From contig CAJQRG010000006.1 of NCBI GenBank assembly GCA_905612225.1, positions 1,483 to 65,482 of the forward strand: a stretch of DNA of 64,000 bases, given 5' to 3'. Under the pieces are notes generated by a model, which saw only the letters and a list, made by a program, of their open reading frames with translations, had not been told where the DNA came from and did no database searches. Position 1 is the stretch's first letter. Every line of letters starts with the position of its first letter. Source of the DNA: Emcibacteraceae bacterium (lineage in GTDB: Bacteria > Pseudomonadota > Alphaproteobacteria > Sphingomonadales > Emcibacteraceae). This document shows, one piece after another, positions 1 to 10,469 of this stretch. Both the position numbers and the translations under genes were made by a program.

Positions 1-1
1 C

Positions 2-238
2 GAGCTAAACTCTCTATTTAGTAATATCCCACTTATTGGTCCAATCCTAGCTGGTAATAAAGGTGAGGGTGTATTTGCCGCTACTTATAATATGACTGGA
101 ACCACTTTAGACCCAGACGTGAATATTAATCCACTTATGGTTCTAGCGCCCGGTTTTTTACGTAAAATTTTTAGCGCTATTGGAGGTAATAATAAAAATA
201 AGTCTACTTCTAGAGAAGAAGCTAGTTTGCTAGAGTAA
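2..238 (+). CDS. AsmA-like C-terminal (YhdP/DUF3971-type) protein, 3' end only
   Basis: Own translation of frame 2: ELNSLFSNIPLIGPILAGNKGEGVFAATYNMTGTTLDPDVNINPLMVLAPGFLRKIF, typical of the alphaproteobacterial AsmA_2 C-terminus; TAA at 236-238. Confidence 0.75.
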   Translation, partial: ELNSLFSNIPLIGPILAGNKGEGVFAATYNMTGTTLDPDVNINPLMVLAPGFLRKIFSAIGGNNKNKSTSREEASLLE

Positions 239-306
239 TTAGAAAGTGGCAAATAAAGAAAAATTTTAGGAAGCACACCTAGTATTAGTCTAGTCTAAAT
301 TATTTA

Positions 307-1356
307 TTATATCACTGCGCTTTCTAGCATAGTCACTGTTCCATTATCAGCATCTAATTTTACTCTACAGCCGATTGCCATTGTGCGTTTTTCTGGAACG
401 TGACCGAACATGGCACCGATGAAGGCAGGTTTTGCAGAGCGTTTGCAGTGCTGTTCGAGTATATCCATAAGACTAAAATCACCAAAGCCACCATCGCTTT
501 CTACATCTGTCATGCCTCCAAAGACAATTCCAGCGCAGTCTTTTAAATGACCGCCTAGGGCTAGCTGCGTCAGCATACGATCAACTCGGTATATATTTTC
601 TCCAACTTCTTCAATCATTAATACTTTACCTTTGGTGTCAGGAAAATAGGGTGTGCCCTGCAAGGCTGTAAGTACCGTCAAATTACCTCCAACCAGGCTA
701 CCTTCGGCAAGGCCGGGGTTTATGGTTTCTGTTCTGTTTTTACGTACAGTTAGAAAGTCTCCTTTTTGCTGTGGATTTTTCATATGCTGCAAGGCTCCTT
801 CAAACAGAATTTCACGAACATTATTAGCGCTAAAATTACTCCAAGGGCTGCCGGCTGTAGGTCCGTGAAAAGTCATGAGGCCAGTTTTTAAATTAATAGC
901 ATTTAAAAGCGAAGTAATGTCACTGTAGCCAAGTAATATTTTAGGTTTTTGCGTAATCATTTCGTAATCAATATAAGGTAAAATTCTAGCGGCACCCCAG
1001 CCCCCCTTAAGTGCGATCACGGCTTTAATTTCATTGTTAGCAAAGGCAGCGTTAAAATCTGCGGCGCGTACTTCGTCTTCCGCTGGGAAATATCCAAATC
1101 TATCCATAGCATGTTCGGAGACCTGTACCTTAAGACCCAGGGCCTCGAGAGATTCAATCGATAGTATAAGACGCATTTTATTATATTCAACACCGGCCGG
1201 CGCGATGATCATTACAGCATCACCTTGCTTGAGGCGGCGAGGTTTCACAATCGTTTTTGAATGTGATATAGCGGTGGAGGTAGATCCTGCTGTAATTAAT
1301 GCAGCACTTATGGCTGCACTTGATTTTAGTAGATGACGTCTATCAACATTTTTCAT
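307..1356 (-). CDS. S66 family LD-carboxypeptidase with Tat signal
   Basis: DRRHLLK twin-Arg leader; catalytic motifs GYSDIT (Ser), IEEVGE (Glu), FGHVP (His); GGNL motif. Confidence 0.9.
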   Translation of the reverse strand: MKNVDRRHLLKSSAAISAALITAGSTSTAISHSKTIVKPRRLKQGDAVMIIAPAGVEYNKMRLILSIESLEALGLKVQVSEHAMDRFGYFPAEDEVRAADFNAAFANNEIKAVIALKGGWGAARILPYIDYEMITQKPKILLGYSDITSLLNAINLKTGLMTFHGPTAGSPWSNFSANNVREILFEGALQHMKNPQQKGDFLTVRKNRTETINPGLAEGSLVGGNLTVLTALQGTPYFPDTKGKVLMIEEVGENIYRVDRMLTQLALGGHLKDCAGIVFGGMTDVESDGGFGDFSLMDILEQHCKRSAKPAFIGAMFGHVPEKRTMAIGCRVKLDADNGTVTMLESAVI

Positions 1357-1366
1357 TTGGATCTCC

Positions 1367-2638
1367 TTATTTAGGAACTATAAGTATATGACGTTTTTTT
1401 CCTGCAGATATTTTAATATTACCTTGGTCGTTTAGATGATTAAGAAATACATTCATTTCACTGTCAGTTATTTTTTTATCATTAATTTTTGCACCACCGC
1501 CTTTAATTAAACGCCTAATTTCACCCTTTGAATTACCAAGCCCTGCCTTTATGTAAAGATCGGATATGGAAACACCACTCTCAAGGTCAGACTTTAACAA
1601 CTCTACTGTTGGTAAATTGGCATCAAGGGAGCGATCTTCGAAGGTTTTTTTGGCTGTTTCTTCCGCTTTGTTAGCAGCCTGTTTTCCATGAAGCATTCTA
1701 GTAACTTCATTAGCTAGAATTTTCTTGGCCTCATTTATTTCTTGTCCTTCTAGGGTTTCTAGTCGCCTTACTTCATCCATGGGCAGCTCTGTAAATAATG
1801 CGAGGAAACGGCCAACATCTTCATCGGCTGTATTTCGCCAAAACTGCCAGAAATCATAGCTCGAACAAAGGTTTTCATTTAACCAAACAGCACCTGAAGC
1901 TGTTTTACCCATTTTAGCCCCACTTGCAAGTGTAATAAGAGGTGTGGTCAAGCCAAATACTTCCTTCTGATCCATGCGGCGATTAAGCTCAACACCATTA
2001 ATAATATTTCCCCATTGATCGGAACCACCCATTTGCATTGCGCAGCCTTCACGCTGCTGTAACTCAAGAAAATCATATGCCTGTAGGATCATATAATTAA
2101 ATTCCAGAAAGGTGAGTGGATTTTCCCTATCAAGGCGCATTTTGACACTTTCAAAAGTAAGCATACGATTAATGGTGAAGTGAGGGCCAACGTTACGTAA
2201 TAAATCAATGTACATAATATTATCAAGCCAATCAGCATTATTAGGCATTATGGCATCTGATGGACCATCACCAAAATTAAGGTAACGTGTAAAAGACTTT
2301 TTTATACCTTCCATATTTTGATTTATTTTGGCGTATGTAAGAATTTTACGACTTGCGTCCTTACCACTTGGATCACCAATTTTAGTAGTGCCACCACCCA
2401 TTAAGGCAATAGGCCTATGGCCTGTTTTTTGAAGGTGCATGAGCATCATAATTTGTACCAGTGATCCCACATGGAGGCTTGAGGCCGTACAATCAAAACC
2501 AATATAAGCTGAAACGACACCGCTTAGTAAGCGTTTGTCTAGTTCCTCTGGATTGGTACACTGATGGATAAAGCCACGCTCAAGCATCACTTTCAGAAAT
2601 TCTGACTTAGGAGTATAATTATCAATAGTTTTGGTCAT
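1367..2638 (-). CDS. tyrS: Tyrosine--tRNA ligase
   Basis: [15 protein letters not shown] (HIGH-like), [15 protein letters not shown]-terminal S4 domain; start placed at ATG 2638 (MTKT). Confidence 0.97.
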   Translation of the reverse strand: MTKTIDNYTPKSEFLKVMLERGFIHQCTNPEELDKRLLSGVVSAYIGFDCTASSLHVGSLVQIMMLMHLQKTGHRPIALMGGGTTKIGDPSGKDASRKILTYAKINQNMEGIKKSFTRYLNFGDGPSDAIMPNNADWLDNIMYIDLLRNVGPHFTINRMLTFESVKMRLDRENPLTFLEFNYMILQAYDFLELQQREGCAMQMGGSDQWGNIINGVELNRRMDQKEVFGLTTPLITLASGAKMGKTASGAVWLNENLCSSYDFWQFWRNTADEDVGRFLALFTELPMDEVRRLETLEGQEINEAKKILANEVTRMLHGKQAANKAEETAKKTFEDRSLDANLPTVELLKSDLESGVSISDLYIKAGLGNSKGEIRRLIKGGGAKINDKKITDSEMNVFLNHLNDQGNIKISAGKKRHILIVPK

Positions 2639-2727
2639 AATATGGTCAACTGTTATGCTATGGGTTATATAAAAGTTAATTAACACATGTTTGCCTAAGA
2701 CCAAAATGGAAATTTAAGGAAAATTAA

Positions 2728-3852
2728 GTGCCTAAGACTAATAATAAGCAAAAATTAGCAATTGGCTTGATGAGTGGAACGTCACTGGATGGTATTGATG
2801 CAGCCCTCATAAAATCTGATGGTGTTAGTGTTGAACGCTTTGGAATAGCATTTAATAGACCTTACCGTAAGCATGAATATGTTATACTTAAAAATACATT
2901 AAGAGAAGCACGACGCGAGGGTCAACCTACAAATAAAAATACGTATATTAATAAAACGACAATGATGATTACCGATCTTCATATTGAAGTAGTAAGAAAT
3001 TTGCTTATCCAAAATGACCTTTTACCTATTGATATTGATGTTATAGGTTTCCACGGTCAAACTTTACTTCATGGACCGGATGAAGGTTGGAGTTGGCAGA
3101 TAGGGGACGGTAATCGAATGTCGAAAGAGCTAGGAATCCTAGTGGTAAGTGATTTTAGGCAATACGATGTATCCCATGGTGGACAGGGTGCTCCTCTTGT
3201 CCCCGTGTATCATAAGTCGTTATTTTCGGGAAGTGGTTTGGAGTATCCGATTGGATTGATTAATTTTGGTGGTGTGGCTAATCTTACTTGGATTGGTAGT
3301 GATGACACTAATGATTTGATAGCATTTGATACTGGGCCAGCAAATGCTCTCCTCGACGATTGGGTTCGAAAAAATACTGATTATATCTATGACAAGGATG
3401 GTATTTTTTCTCAACGCGGCACTATTCACCATAAACTTATCGAAAAATGGATGGATAATGATTATTTCAAGCAACCACCTCCAAAATCTCTTGATCGGGA
3501 TTACTTTAATGTGGACGAAGTGAATTCTTTATCACTTGAGGATGGCGCGGCAACCTTGGTAGCATTTTCAGTAGCTTGCTTAAAAGAAGCAATTAGTATG
3601 TATCCGAAAAAAGTAAATAACTGGTATGTTTCAGGTGGTGGTGCGCATAACCCAACAATCATGACAATGTTAAATGAGGTTTTAGGTAACAATGTTAAAA
3701 CGTTGAATACAATTGGTTTGGATGGTGATTATATTGAGGCTGAAGCGTTTGGTCATTTAGCCGTGCGCCGGCTTTATGATTTGCCCATAACTTTTCCTAG
3801 AACCACAGGCATTTCTCTACCCTCTACTGGTGGTGTAATCAATAAGCCTTAA
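2728..3852 (+). CDS. anmK: Anhydro-N-acetylmuramic acid kinase
   Basis: IGLMSGTSLDGIDAA, GFHGQT, GGQGAPLVP, FDTGPAN, EAEAFG; divergent from tyrS. Confidence 0.95.
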   Translation: MPKTNNKQKLAIGLMSGTSLDGIDAALIKSDGVSVERFGIAFNRPYRKHEYVILKNTLREARREGQPTNKNTYINKTTMMITDLHIEVVRNLLIQNDLLPIDIDVIGFHGQTLLHGPDEGWSWQIGDGNRMSKELGILVVSDFRQYDVSHGGQGAPLVPVYHKSLFSGSGLEYPIGLINFGGVANLTWIGSDDTNDLIAFDTGPANALLDDWVRKNTDYIYDKDGIFSQRGTIHHKLIEKWMDNDYFKQPPPKSLDRDYFNVDEVNSLSLEDGAATLVAFSVACLKEAISMYPKKVNNWYVSGGGAHNPTIMTMLNEVLGNNVKTLNTIGLDGDYIEAEAFGHLAVRRLYDLPITFPRTTGISLPSTGGVINKP

Positions 3853-4490
3853 TAGCCCAGCCGCATTGTTAAATACTTATCAATACTTTGAACAAGCGGT
3901 TTATGATGCTCTTCGTAAAAATGGCTAGCTCCCTCAATTTTATCATAATCAATGGTAATACCTTTTTGGGATTTCAATTTATCCACCAGTTTTTGAACTG
4001 CATCCTCGGTAACAATTGTATCGCTTGTCCCTTGTGTAATTAGTCCAGAAGATGGACAAGGAGCAAGGAACGAAAAATCATAAAGATTAGCAGGTGGTGA
4101 AACAGAAAGAAATCCACTAATTTCAGGACGTCGCATAAGAAGTTGCATTCCTATCCAGGCCCCAAAGGAAAATCCAGCAATCCATACTTGGGGCGAATCG
4201 CGATTTACCGTGTGTAGCCAGTCAAGGGCAGATGCCGCGTCACTGAGCTCACCAATGCCACTGTCATAAATACCTTCGCTGCGGCCAACACCACGAAAAT
4301 TGAAACGTAAGACTGAAAACCCACGGCGAACGAAAGAGTGATAAAGATAATAACATATCTTTGCGTTCATATTTCCGTTAAACTGCGGATCCGCATGTAA
4401 GACTAGGGCTATTGGTGCGTTCGCTTTTTTACTTGGGTGATAGCGGCCTTCGAGACGACCCTCAGGGCCGTTTATTATTACTTCGGGCAT
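3849..4490 (-). CDS. Alpha/beta hydrolase (conserved alphaproteobacterial family found next to cysteine desulfurases)
   Basis: MPEVIINGPEGRLEGRY start, FNFRGVGRSEG, GFSFG nucleophile elbow. Confidence 0.9.
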   Translation of the reverse strand: MPEVIINGPEGRLEGRYHPSKKANAPIALVLHADPQFNGNMNAKICYYLYHSFVRRGFSVLRFNFRGVGRSEGIYDSGIGELSDAASALDWLHTVNRDSPQVWIAGFSFGAWIGMQLLMRRPEISGFLSVSPPANLYDFSFLAPCPSSGLITQGTSDTIVTEDAVQKLVDKLKSQKGITIDYDKIEGASHFYEEHHKPLVQSIDKYLTMRLGY

Positions 4491-4627
4491 ATTTATTTTA
4501 ACCTTAAATTTTTTAAGTAAGCTTTGGCAAAATTCGTGAGATAAAAGTACCGTATTGATGATATACATTTATTATAGCATAAAACAGCAATGAAATATCA
4601 ACTAAGAAATTGGTTTAGAACAAATTT

Positions 4628-5749
4628 ATGATAGAAAAGCAAGAAATATACCTTGACTATAATGCCACGGCACCCATCCGACCCGAAGTGATCGAGGTTA
4701 TGGTGGAGGTGATGGAAGAGGGCGGCAACCCGTCTTCTGTTCATAGTGGTGGCCGTAAAGCGAAATCGAGAATGGAAAAAGCGAGATCAATTATTGCTGA
4801 TACAATAAGCTGCCGTGCGCAGATGATTATTTTTACTTCCGGCGGCACCGAAGCAAATAATATGGCAATACTTAGTAGTGGATGTAATCGTTTAATTACG
4901 TCTAATGTGGAGCACGATTCAATCCGGTCTGTAGCTTCTTCTTTTGATGGAACAGTCGATATTATTCGCGTAAATCCGGACGGGCTTATTAATCTTTTGG
5001 AACTTGAAAAATTACTAAATGATAATGATGAAAAGTCAATTATATCGATTCTTTATGCTAATAATGAAACGGGTGTTATGCAAGATGTTAAGGCCATAGC
5101 AAAAATTGCTCACTCTGCGGGTGCACTTCTACACATTGACGCTATCCAAGCACTTGCAAAAATTCCCATAGATTTCATGGCGCTAGGTGTAGATATGATG
5201 AGTATATCTTCACATAAAATAGGGGGGCCTCAGGGTGTAGGTGCATTAGTTATCCAAGAAAAATTACCAATAAAACCGTTTATTTTTGGCGGTGGTCAGG
5301 AAGTCGGTCGCCGTGGTGGGACTGAAAATATTGCGGGGATCGTGGGTTTTGGAAGAGCTGTTTCCATGATAAACCAAAGCCTAAAGAAAATGAAAATACT
5401 TGAAAAATGGCGCAATGAAATTGAAGAAAAAATTCATAAACATGCACCAAAAGCCAATTTTCCTGGAAAAAGTTCACTAAGGCTGTCAAATGTTTCAACT
5501 ATTTATATGCCAGGGGTCAAAAGTGAGACCCAGGTGATGAACTTTGACTTAGACCAAATATGTATTAGTTCAGGTTCAGCTTGCTCATCAGGTAAGGTTA
5601 AATCCTCCCACGTAATTGATGCTATGAAGGGAGATAAAAATATTGCAGCATCAACTATTCGAATGAGCCTTGGATGGAATAGTGAATACTCCCACGTTGA
5701 GGCCTTTATCAAAAGTTGGAAAAAGCAATATGACCGAAAAAACCCTTAA
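4628..5749 (+). CDS. Cysteine desulfurase (NifS/IscS-like)
   Basis: YLDYNATAP, FTSGGTEANN, SSHKIGGPQG (PLP Lys), SSGSACSSG (catalytic Cys). Confidence 0.93.
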   Translation: MIEKQEIYLDYNATAPIRPEVIEVMVEVMEEGGNPSSVHSGGRKAKSRMEKARSIIADTISCRAQMIIFTSGGTEANNMAILSSGCNRLITSNVEHDSIRSVASSFDGTVDIIRVNPDGLINLLELEKLLNDNDEKSIISILYANNETGVMQDVKAIAKIAHSAGALLHIDAIQALAKIPIDFMALGVDMMSISSHKIGGPQGVGALVIQEKLPIKPFIFGGGQEVGRRGGTENIAGIVGFGRAVSMINQSLKKMKILEKWRNEIEEKIHKHAPKANFPGKSSLRLSNVSTIYMPGVKSETQVMNFDLDQICISSGSACSSGKVKSSHVIDAMKGDKNIAASTIRMSLGWNSEYSHVEAFIKSWKKQYDRKNP

Positions 5750-6881
5750 GCTTCCCATCTATCTTGATTATCAGGCCACAACTCCTCTCGATCCTGAGGT
5801 TTTCGATGCTATGTTACCTTTTTTGACTGAAAAATTTGGTAATCCCCATTCGGTAGAGCACAGTTATGGCTGGGAGGCAGAAGCAGCTGTTGAATTTGCG
5901 AGAGGTCAGGTAGCTTCACTTATTGGTGCAATTAAAGAGGAAATTATTTTTACTTCTGGCGCTACAGAATCTAATAATCTAGCCATTAAAGGCGTTGCTT
6001 TTGCAAATCATCCTGCCAAAAATCATATTATTACAGTTAACACGGAGCATGAGTGCGTTCTAGGTTGTTCTAGGTCTTTAGAAAATATGGGTTTTAACGT
6101 AAGCTACCTTGAGGTTGATAGGTTGGGAATGATTGATATTGATATACTTCAGGACACTATCACTGATAAAACATCATTAGTTTCTGTTATGGCAATTAAT
6201 AATGAAATAGGTGTGATACAGCAGCTCGAAGCTATTGGTCAAATTTGTAAGGATAGGGGCGTTATATTTCATACGGATGCTGCTCAGGCTGTAGGTAAAA
6301 TTCGTTTAGATGTAGATGAAATGAACATAGATGTTATGAGTGTGTCCGGACATAAATTATATGCTCCCAAGGGAATAGGTGCAATATATGTGAGGAAAGG
6401 TACACATATTATTCCACTTTTTGACGGAGGCGGTCAGGAGCGTGGGATTCGCTCGGGAACATTATCGCCAGCCCTTTGTGTTGGACTTGGCAAAGCTTGC
6501 AATATTGCTGGTAATAATATGTGCAAAAACTTAAATTATATAAAAAAATTATCTCAGAGATTTTTTGACAATTTGAGTTCAGAATTAAAGTACTTAAAAC
6601 TAAATGGCTGTGTTTTAAATCGTTATCCTGGTAATCTAAACTTCACTCTTTTGGGTGTTAAAAGCAACCTTCTTGTTGCTGACCTCCGTGATATTGCTAT
6701 ATCAACGGGTTCTGCCTGCTCATCAGCTAAACATCAGCCATCCTATGTTTTAAAGGCAATCGGCCTTGAAAAAATGCAAATTGAAGCATCAATACGTATT
6801 GGTATTAGTCATGTGACTGATGTGGATGAAATTGATTATGCCGCTAATCATATTATAGAATGTGTGAAAAACTTAAGTTAA
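5730..6881 (+). CDS. iscS: Cysteine desulfurase, IscS-like
   Basis: PIYLDYQATTP, FTSGATESNN, SGHKLYAPKG, STGSACSS; start at ATG 5730 overlapping previous gene. Confidence 0.88.
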   Translation: MTEKTLKLPIYLDYQATTPLDPEVFDAMLPFLTEKFGNPHSVEHSYGWEAEAAVEFARGQVASLIGAIKEEIIFTSGATESNNLAIKGVAFANHPAKNHIITVNTEHECVLGCSRSLENMGFNVSYLEVDRLGMIDIDILQDTITDKTSLVSVMAINNEIGVIQQLEAIGQICKDRGVIFHTDAAQAVGKIRLDVDEMNIDVMSVSGHKLYAPKGIGAIYVRKGTHIIPLFDGGGQERGIRSGTLSPALCVGLGKACNIAGNNMCKNLNYIKKLSQRFFDNLSSELKYLKLNGCVLNRYPGNLNFTLLGVKSNLLVADLRDIAISTGSACSSAKHQPSYVLKAIGLEKMQIEASIRIGISHVTDVDEIDYAANHIIECVKNLS

Positions 6882-7640
6882 GAAATTTAACAATATTTCA
6901 GAAAATTCTTTGGGCTTTTCAGAGTGAATCCAATGACTACAACCATCTATAGTTTCAATACGAAAATTTGGAAACATATTCATTATTTTTGGTATGTGTT
7001 GATTTGTTAAATATTCTGATAATTCGCCGCGAATGAAAAGTGTTTGACCGTCGTATGGGCCCCCCTTAGGTGCAGCAGAAATTGATTTATATTCACGAAC
7101 TATAACCTCAAGATTTATACGCCACTTGAAATTACCATCATCCCCCCGCCTAAGATTAGAAAGAAGAAACATTCGCACACCGGCTTCATTCACATAATGG
7201 CTAAGTAATTTATCAGCCTCACCTCGTGATTTAATATCCTTCAGTGGTATTTGAAGTAGTCCTTCAAATATTTTTTTATGGTGATGGGGATAGGGAACAG
7301 GTGAAATATCTCCAATAACAAGTTTTTTAATTCTCCCTGGATAGTTTAGCGCAAGCTGCATTGCAACTTTTCCACCCATACTGTGACCTAAGATATGCGA
7401 GGTAGATAACCCCTGGTCATCCATAAATTTTAATACATCATCTGCCATACTCTGATAAGACATATCGTCTGCATGGGGTGAGCCTCCATGATTTCGAAGG
7501 TCAATGCAATAAACATTAAAATAATTAGCATATACCTTGGCTAAACTCTTAAAATTGGCTGCCGAGCCGTAAAGGCCGTGGATAATTATTAGGGAATCTT
7601 TAACTGCATTTTCGCAGAAATGCTCAAAATTTAACTTCAT
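6873..7640 (-). CDS. Alpha/beta fold esterase (YbfF-like)
   Basis: HGLYGS, DLRNHGGSPH, GHSMGGK, HWIHSE. Confidence 0.9.
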   Translation of the reverse strand: MKLNFEHFCENAVKDSLIIIHGLYGSAANFKSLAKVYANYFNVYCIDLRNHGGSPHADDMSYQSMADDVLKFMDDQGLSTSHILGHSMGGKVAMQLALNYPGRIKKLVIGDISPVPYPHHHKKIFEGLLQIPLKDIKSRGEADKLLSHYVNEAGVRMFLLSNLRRGDDGNFKWRINLEVIVREYKSISAAPKGGPYDGQTLFIRGELSEYLTNQHIPKIMNMFPNFRIETIDGCSHWIHSEKPKEFSEILLNFLT

Positions 7641-7688
7641 GCTATAAACTTATAATACTATATATCGGGTAAGGTTCCATATTAACAT

Positions 7689-7722
7689 TTTAACTGAAAA
7701 GTGCTATCATTTTTCAGTTAAA
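7689..7722. repeat. Inverted repeat/hairpin between divergent genes
   Basis: TTTAACTGAAAAGTG-CTAT-CATTTTTCAGTTAAA: 15-bp stem with one G-T pair, 4-nt loop. Confidence 0.7.
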
Positions 7723-7854
7723 TAATTATTTTGCTGTTCTGATCAAGCGAGAGTATTTTATTTTTATTTATAAGTATCGCTTAGTTATTTTATGTTGAAT
7801 TAAGTGAGATGCAATATAGAGTGTGAAGATAATATAAATTATTGATGGCTATTA

Positions 7855-8997
7855 TTGAATATGAATACTTTTAATGATGAATTAATTATGTTGCGACATA
7901 AATTACATCAAGATCCAGAACTGTCTGGTGAAGAAAAGAACACAGCCACACTATTTTACGAAAAATTAAAAAAATTAAGCCCTGATGAACTATACAATAA
8001 CCTGGGTGGATTTGGTGTTGCTGCAGTATTTTCAGGAAAAAAACCTGGCCCAACTATATTATTTCGTACGGAACTTGATGCATTACCCATTGATGAAATC
8101 TTAGATATACCTTATCGATCAGTAATTAAAGGCGTTTCACATAAATGCGGTCATGACGGACATATGGCAATTATCTATGGCTTAGCTCAAGATATTGCGA
8201 AGAAAAGACCAGCCTGTGGGCGTGTAATTGTTTTATTTCAGCCGGCAGAGGAAACTGGTGAAGGTGCTAGAGCAATTGTTACGGATCCTCAATTTTCTAA
8301 ACTTATACCAGATTATTGCTTTGCATTGCATAACCTGCCTGGACATCCAATGGGACAGGTTATGTTGCGATCTGGGGCGTTTACATGTGCGTCACGAGGT
8401 ATGGTTATTAAATTAAAGGGGAATACCGCACATGCAGCCTATCCAGAAACAGGTAGAAGTCCCGCTTTAGCTTTAGCTGAATTGCTTGTGTCATTTCCAA
8501 AGCTATCATCTGCAATTAAAACTGATGAATTTCTCATGACTACCACCACCTACGCTAGTATGGGGGAACCTGCACTTGGTATTGCGCCTGCAGATGCAAA
8601 AATTATGGTCAACTTAAGAAGTGAAACAAATCAAGGGATGAAAACTCTAGTTGATAATGCAAAGTTAATTGTGAAAAAAATAGCCAAAAAAAATAAACTC
8701 AAATACGACATTGAATGGACAGAAAATTTTGATGCAAACTTCAATGATGAAGAATGTGTAAAACAAGTAGTTCGAGCTGCTGAAATTACGGGACACGACG
8801 TTAAGTGGTTGATAGAACCGTTTCGTTGGGCTGAAGATTTTGGTGCAATTAGTGCTGCGGCTAAAGGAGCTATGTTTGCTTTTGGTGCTGGAGAGAACAA
8901 TCCTCAAATACATAATTCAGATTATGACTTTCCTGATCAATTAATAGATAAGGGAAAATCAATTTTCTATGAAATTTATAAAAATTATTTATTATAA
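7855..8997 (+). CDS. M20 family amidohydrolase
   Basis: LHQDPELSGEE, RTELDALPI, HKCGHDGH, FQPAEETG, AEDFG. Confidence 0.92.
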   Translation: MNMNTFNDELIMLRHKLHQDPELSGEEKNTATLFYEKLKKLSPDELYNNLGGFGVAAVFSGKKPGPTILFRTELDALPIDEILDIPYRSVIKGVSHKCGHDGHMAIIYGLAQDIAKKRPACGRVIVLFQPAEETGEGARAIVTDPQFSKLIPDYCFALHNLPGHPMGQVMLRSGAFTCASRGMVIKLKGNTAHAAYPETGRSPALALAELLVSFPKLSSAIKTDEFLMTTTTYASMGEPALGIAPADAKIMVNLRSETNQGMKTLVDNAKLIVKKIAKKNKLKYDIEWTENFDANFNDEECVKQVVRAAEITGHDVKWLIEPFRWAEDFGAISAAAKGAMFAFGAGENNPQIHNSDYDFPDQLIDKGKSIFYEIYKNYLL

Positions 8998-9019
8998 TTT
9001 TTATAAATAACAGACAATT

Positions 9020-9715
9020 TTATCTACTTAAGACTTTAATAATAACTGGCGCCATTTTTTTAGAGATAATGGACACACCTTTTTTATTGGGATGTATCCG
9101 ATCTGTTTGATTAAGCTCTATGATGCCAGCAACACCATCAAGTAAGAAGGGATAAAGTACCATCCCATATTTTTTTGAAGTGCTTGGATATATATTATTA
9201 AATTTCGTGCCATAAACCTTGCCAAGATTAGGCGGTGCCAACATTCCAGCAATAACTGTTGGGATATTTCTTTTTTTTAATATTTTTGCCATCTGATCAA
9301 TGTTTTGAGCGGTTATTTTGGGTTGTATCCCCCGAAGAGCGTCATTTGCACCTAAAGCAAGAATAACAAGGTCAATATTTTTAAAACTATCAAGAACCCA
9401 CTCAAGGCGGGAAAGTCCGCCAGAGGATGTATCGCCTGATACGCCTGCATTTATTACTGTGACGCTTGACCCTAATGTATTTATGACGCGCTCGAGTTCA
9501 TCCGTGAAACCTTCTCCAGGGTCAAGGCCATAACCGGCTGTGAGACTATCACCAAAAGCAAGGATTTTTTCCTGGGCATAACCCTGTTCTGTGATTAAGC
9601 CAAGGCAACTTATAACGAGCATAACCTTAAAAATTAATTGGTTAATCTCAATAAGTTTGAATATCGGGCTTGGAGTGGTAAAAACATTATTGTATAACAG
9701 TTGAAATTTGGACAC
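9020..9715 (-). CDS. tesA: Arylesterase / acyl-CoA thioesterase I (SGNH/GDSL)
   Basis: GDSLTAG, NAGVSGDT, LGANDALRG, DRIHPN; divergent from YbbA-like ATPase; true start may be downstream. Confidence 0.88.
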   Translation of the reverse strand: MSKFQLLYNNVFTTPSPIFKLIEINQLIFKVMLVISCLGLITEQGYAQEKILAFGDSLTAGYGLDPGEGFTDELERVINTLGSSVTVINAGVSGDTSSGGLSRLEWVLDSFKNIDLVILALGANDALRGIQPKITAQNIDQMAKILKKRNIPTVIAGMLAPPNLGKVYGTKFNNIYPSTSKKYGMVLYPFLLDGVAGIIELNQTDRIHPNKKGVSIISKKMAPVIIKVLSR

Positions 9716-9752
9716 TTTTAGAAACCTTTGTCGTTAACGAGTATAATAAACT

Positions 9753-10469
9753 ATGGCTGATAACATTGCACTTGAATTAAAGAATATTCATCTCAGACTT
9801 AAAAGCAACGACTTTGAAGTTAAAATATTAAATGGTATAGACCTTAAAGTTAATGAAGGTAAGGCTGTAGCTATTTTAGGGTCTTCTGGTTCTGGAAAAT
9901 CTAGTATGATGTCTGTAATGAATGGGTTGGAACGGCAAAGTGATGGTTCTGTTATCGTTGCTGGCTGCACGCTTGATAAAATGAACGAAGATGAGTTAGC
10001 TGTTTTTAGAAGAAATAATATTGGTATTATTTTGCAGGCATTTCATCTTATTCCTACAATGACGGCCCTTGAAAATGTTGCTGTACCCCTTGAGCTTGCA
10101 GGTATAAAAGATGCTGTATTAAAGGCAGGGGCAATGCTCTGTAATGTAGGTCTGAACCACCGTATGGACCATTACCCATCCCAACTATCAGGTGGTGAGC
10201 AACAAAGGGTGGCAATTGCCAGGGCCATGGCGCCGCAACCTAAGATACTTTTTGCTGATGAACCGACAGGAAATCTAGATGGAAAAACAGGACATAATAT
10301 AATTGAGTTAATTTTTAATCTTAAGAAAAAAACTGGTGCGACGTTAATTTTGATAACTCATGATCAGGAATTGGCACAAAAGTGCGATGATATAATTCAC
10401 ATTGAAGATGGCTTGATTACAAATAATAAAGATGTTCATAAAAATGAAGGCAAGAAGGTAGTCGGATGA
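9753..10469 (+). CDS. ABC transporter ATP-binding protein (YbbA-like)
   Basis: [32 protein letters not shown]. Confidence 0.92.
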   Translation: MADNIALELKNIHLRLKSNDFEVKILNGIDLKVNEGKAVAILGSSGSGKSSMMSVMNGLERQSDGSVIVAGCTLDKMNEDELAVFRRNNIGIILQAFHLIPTMTALENVAVPLELAGIKDAVLKAGAMLCNVGLNHRMDHYPSQLSGGEQQRVAIARAMAPQPKILFADEPTGNLDGKTGHNIIELIFNLKKKTGATLILITHDQELAQKCDDIIHIEDGLITNNKDVHKNEGKKVVG

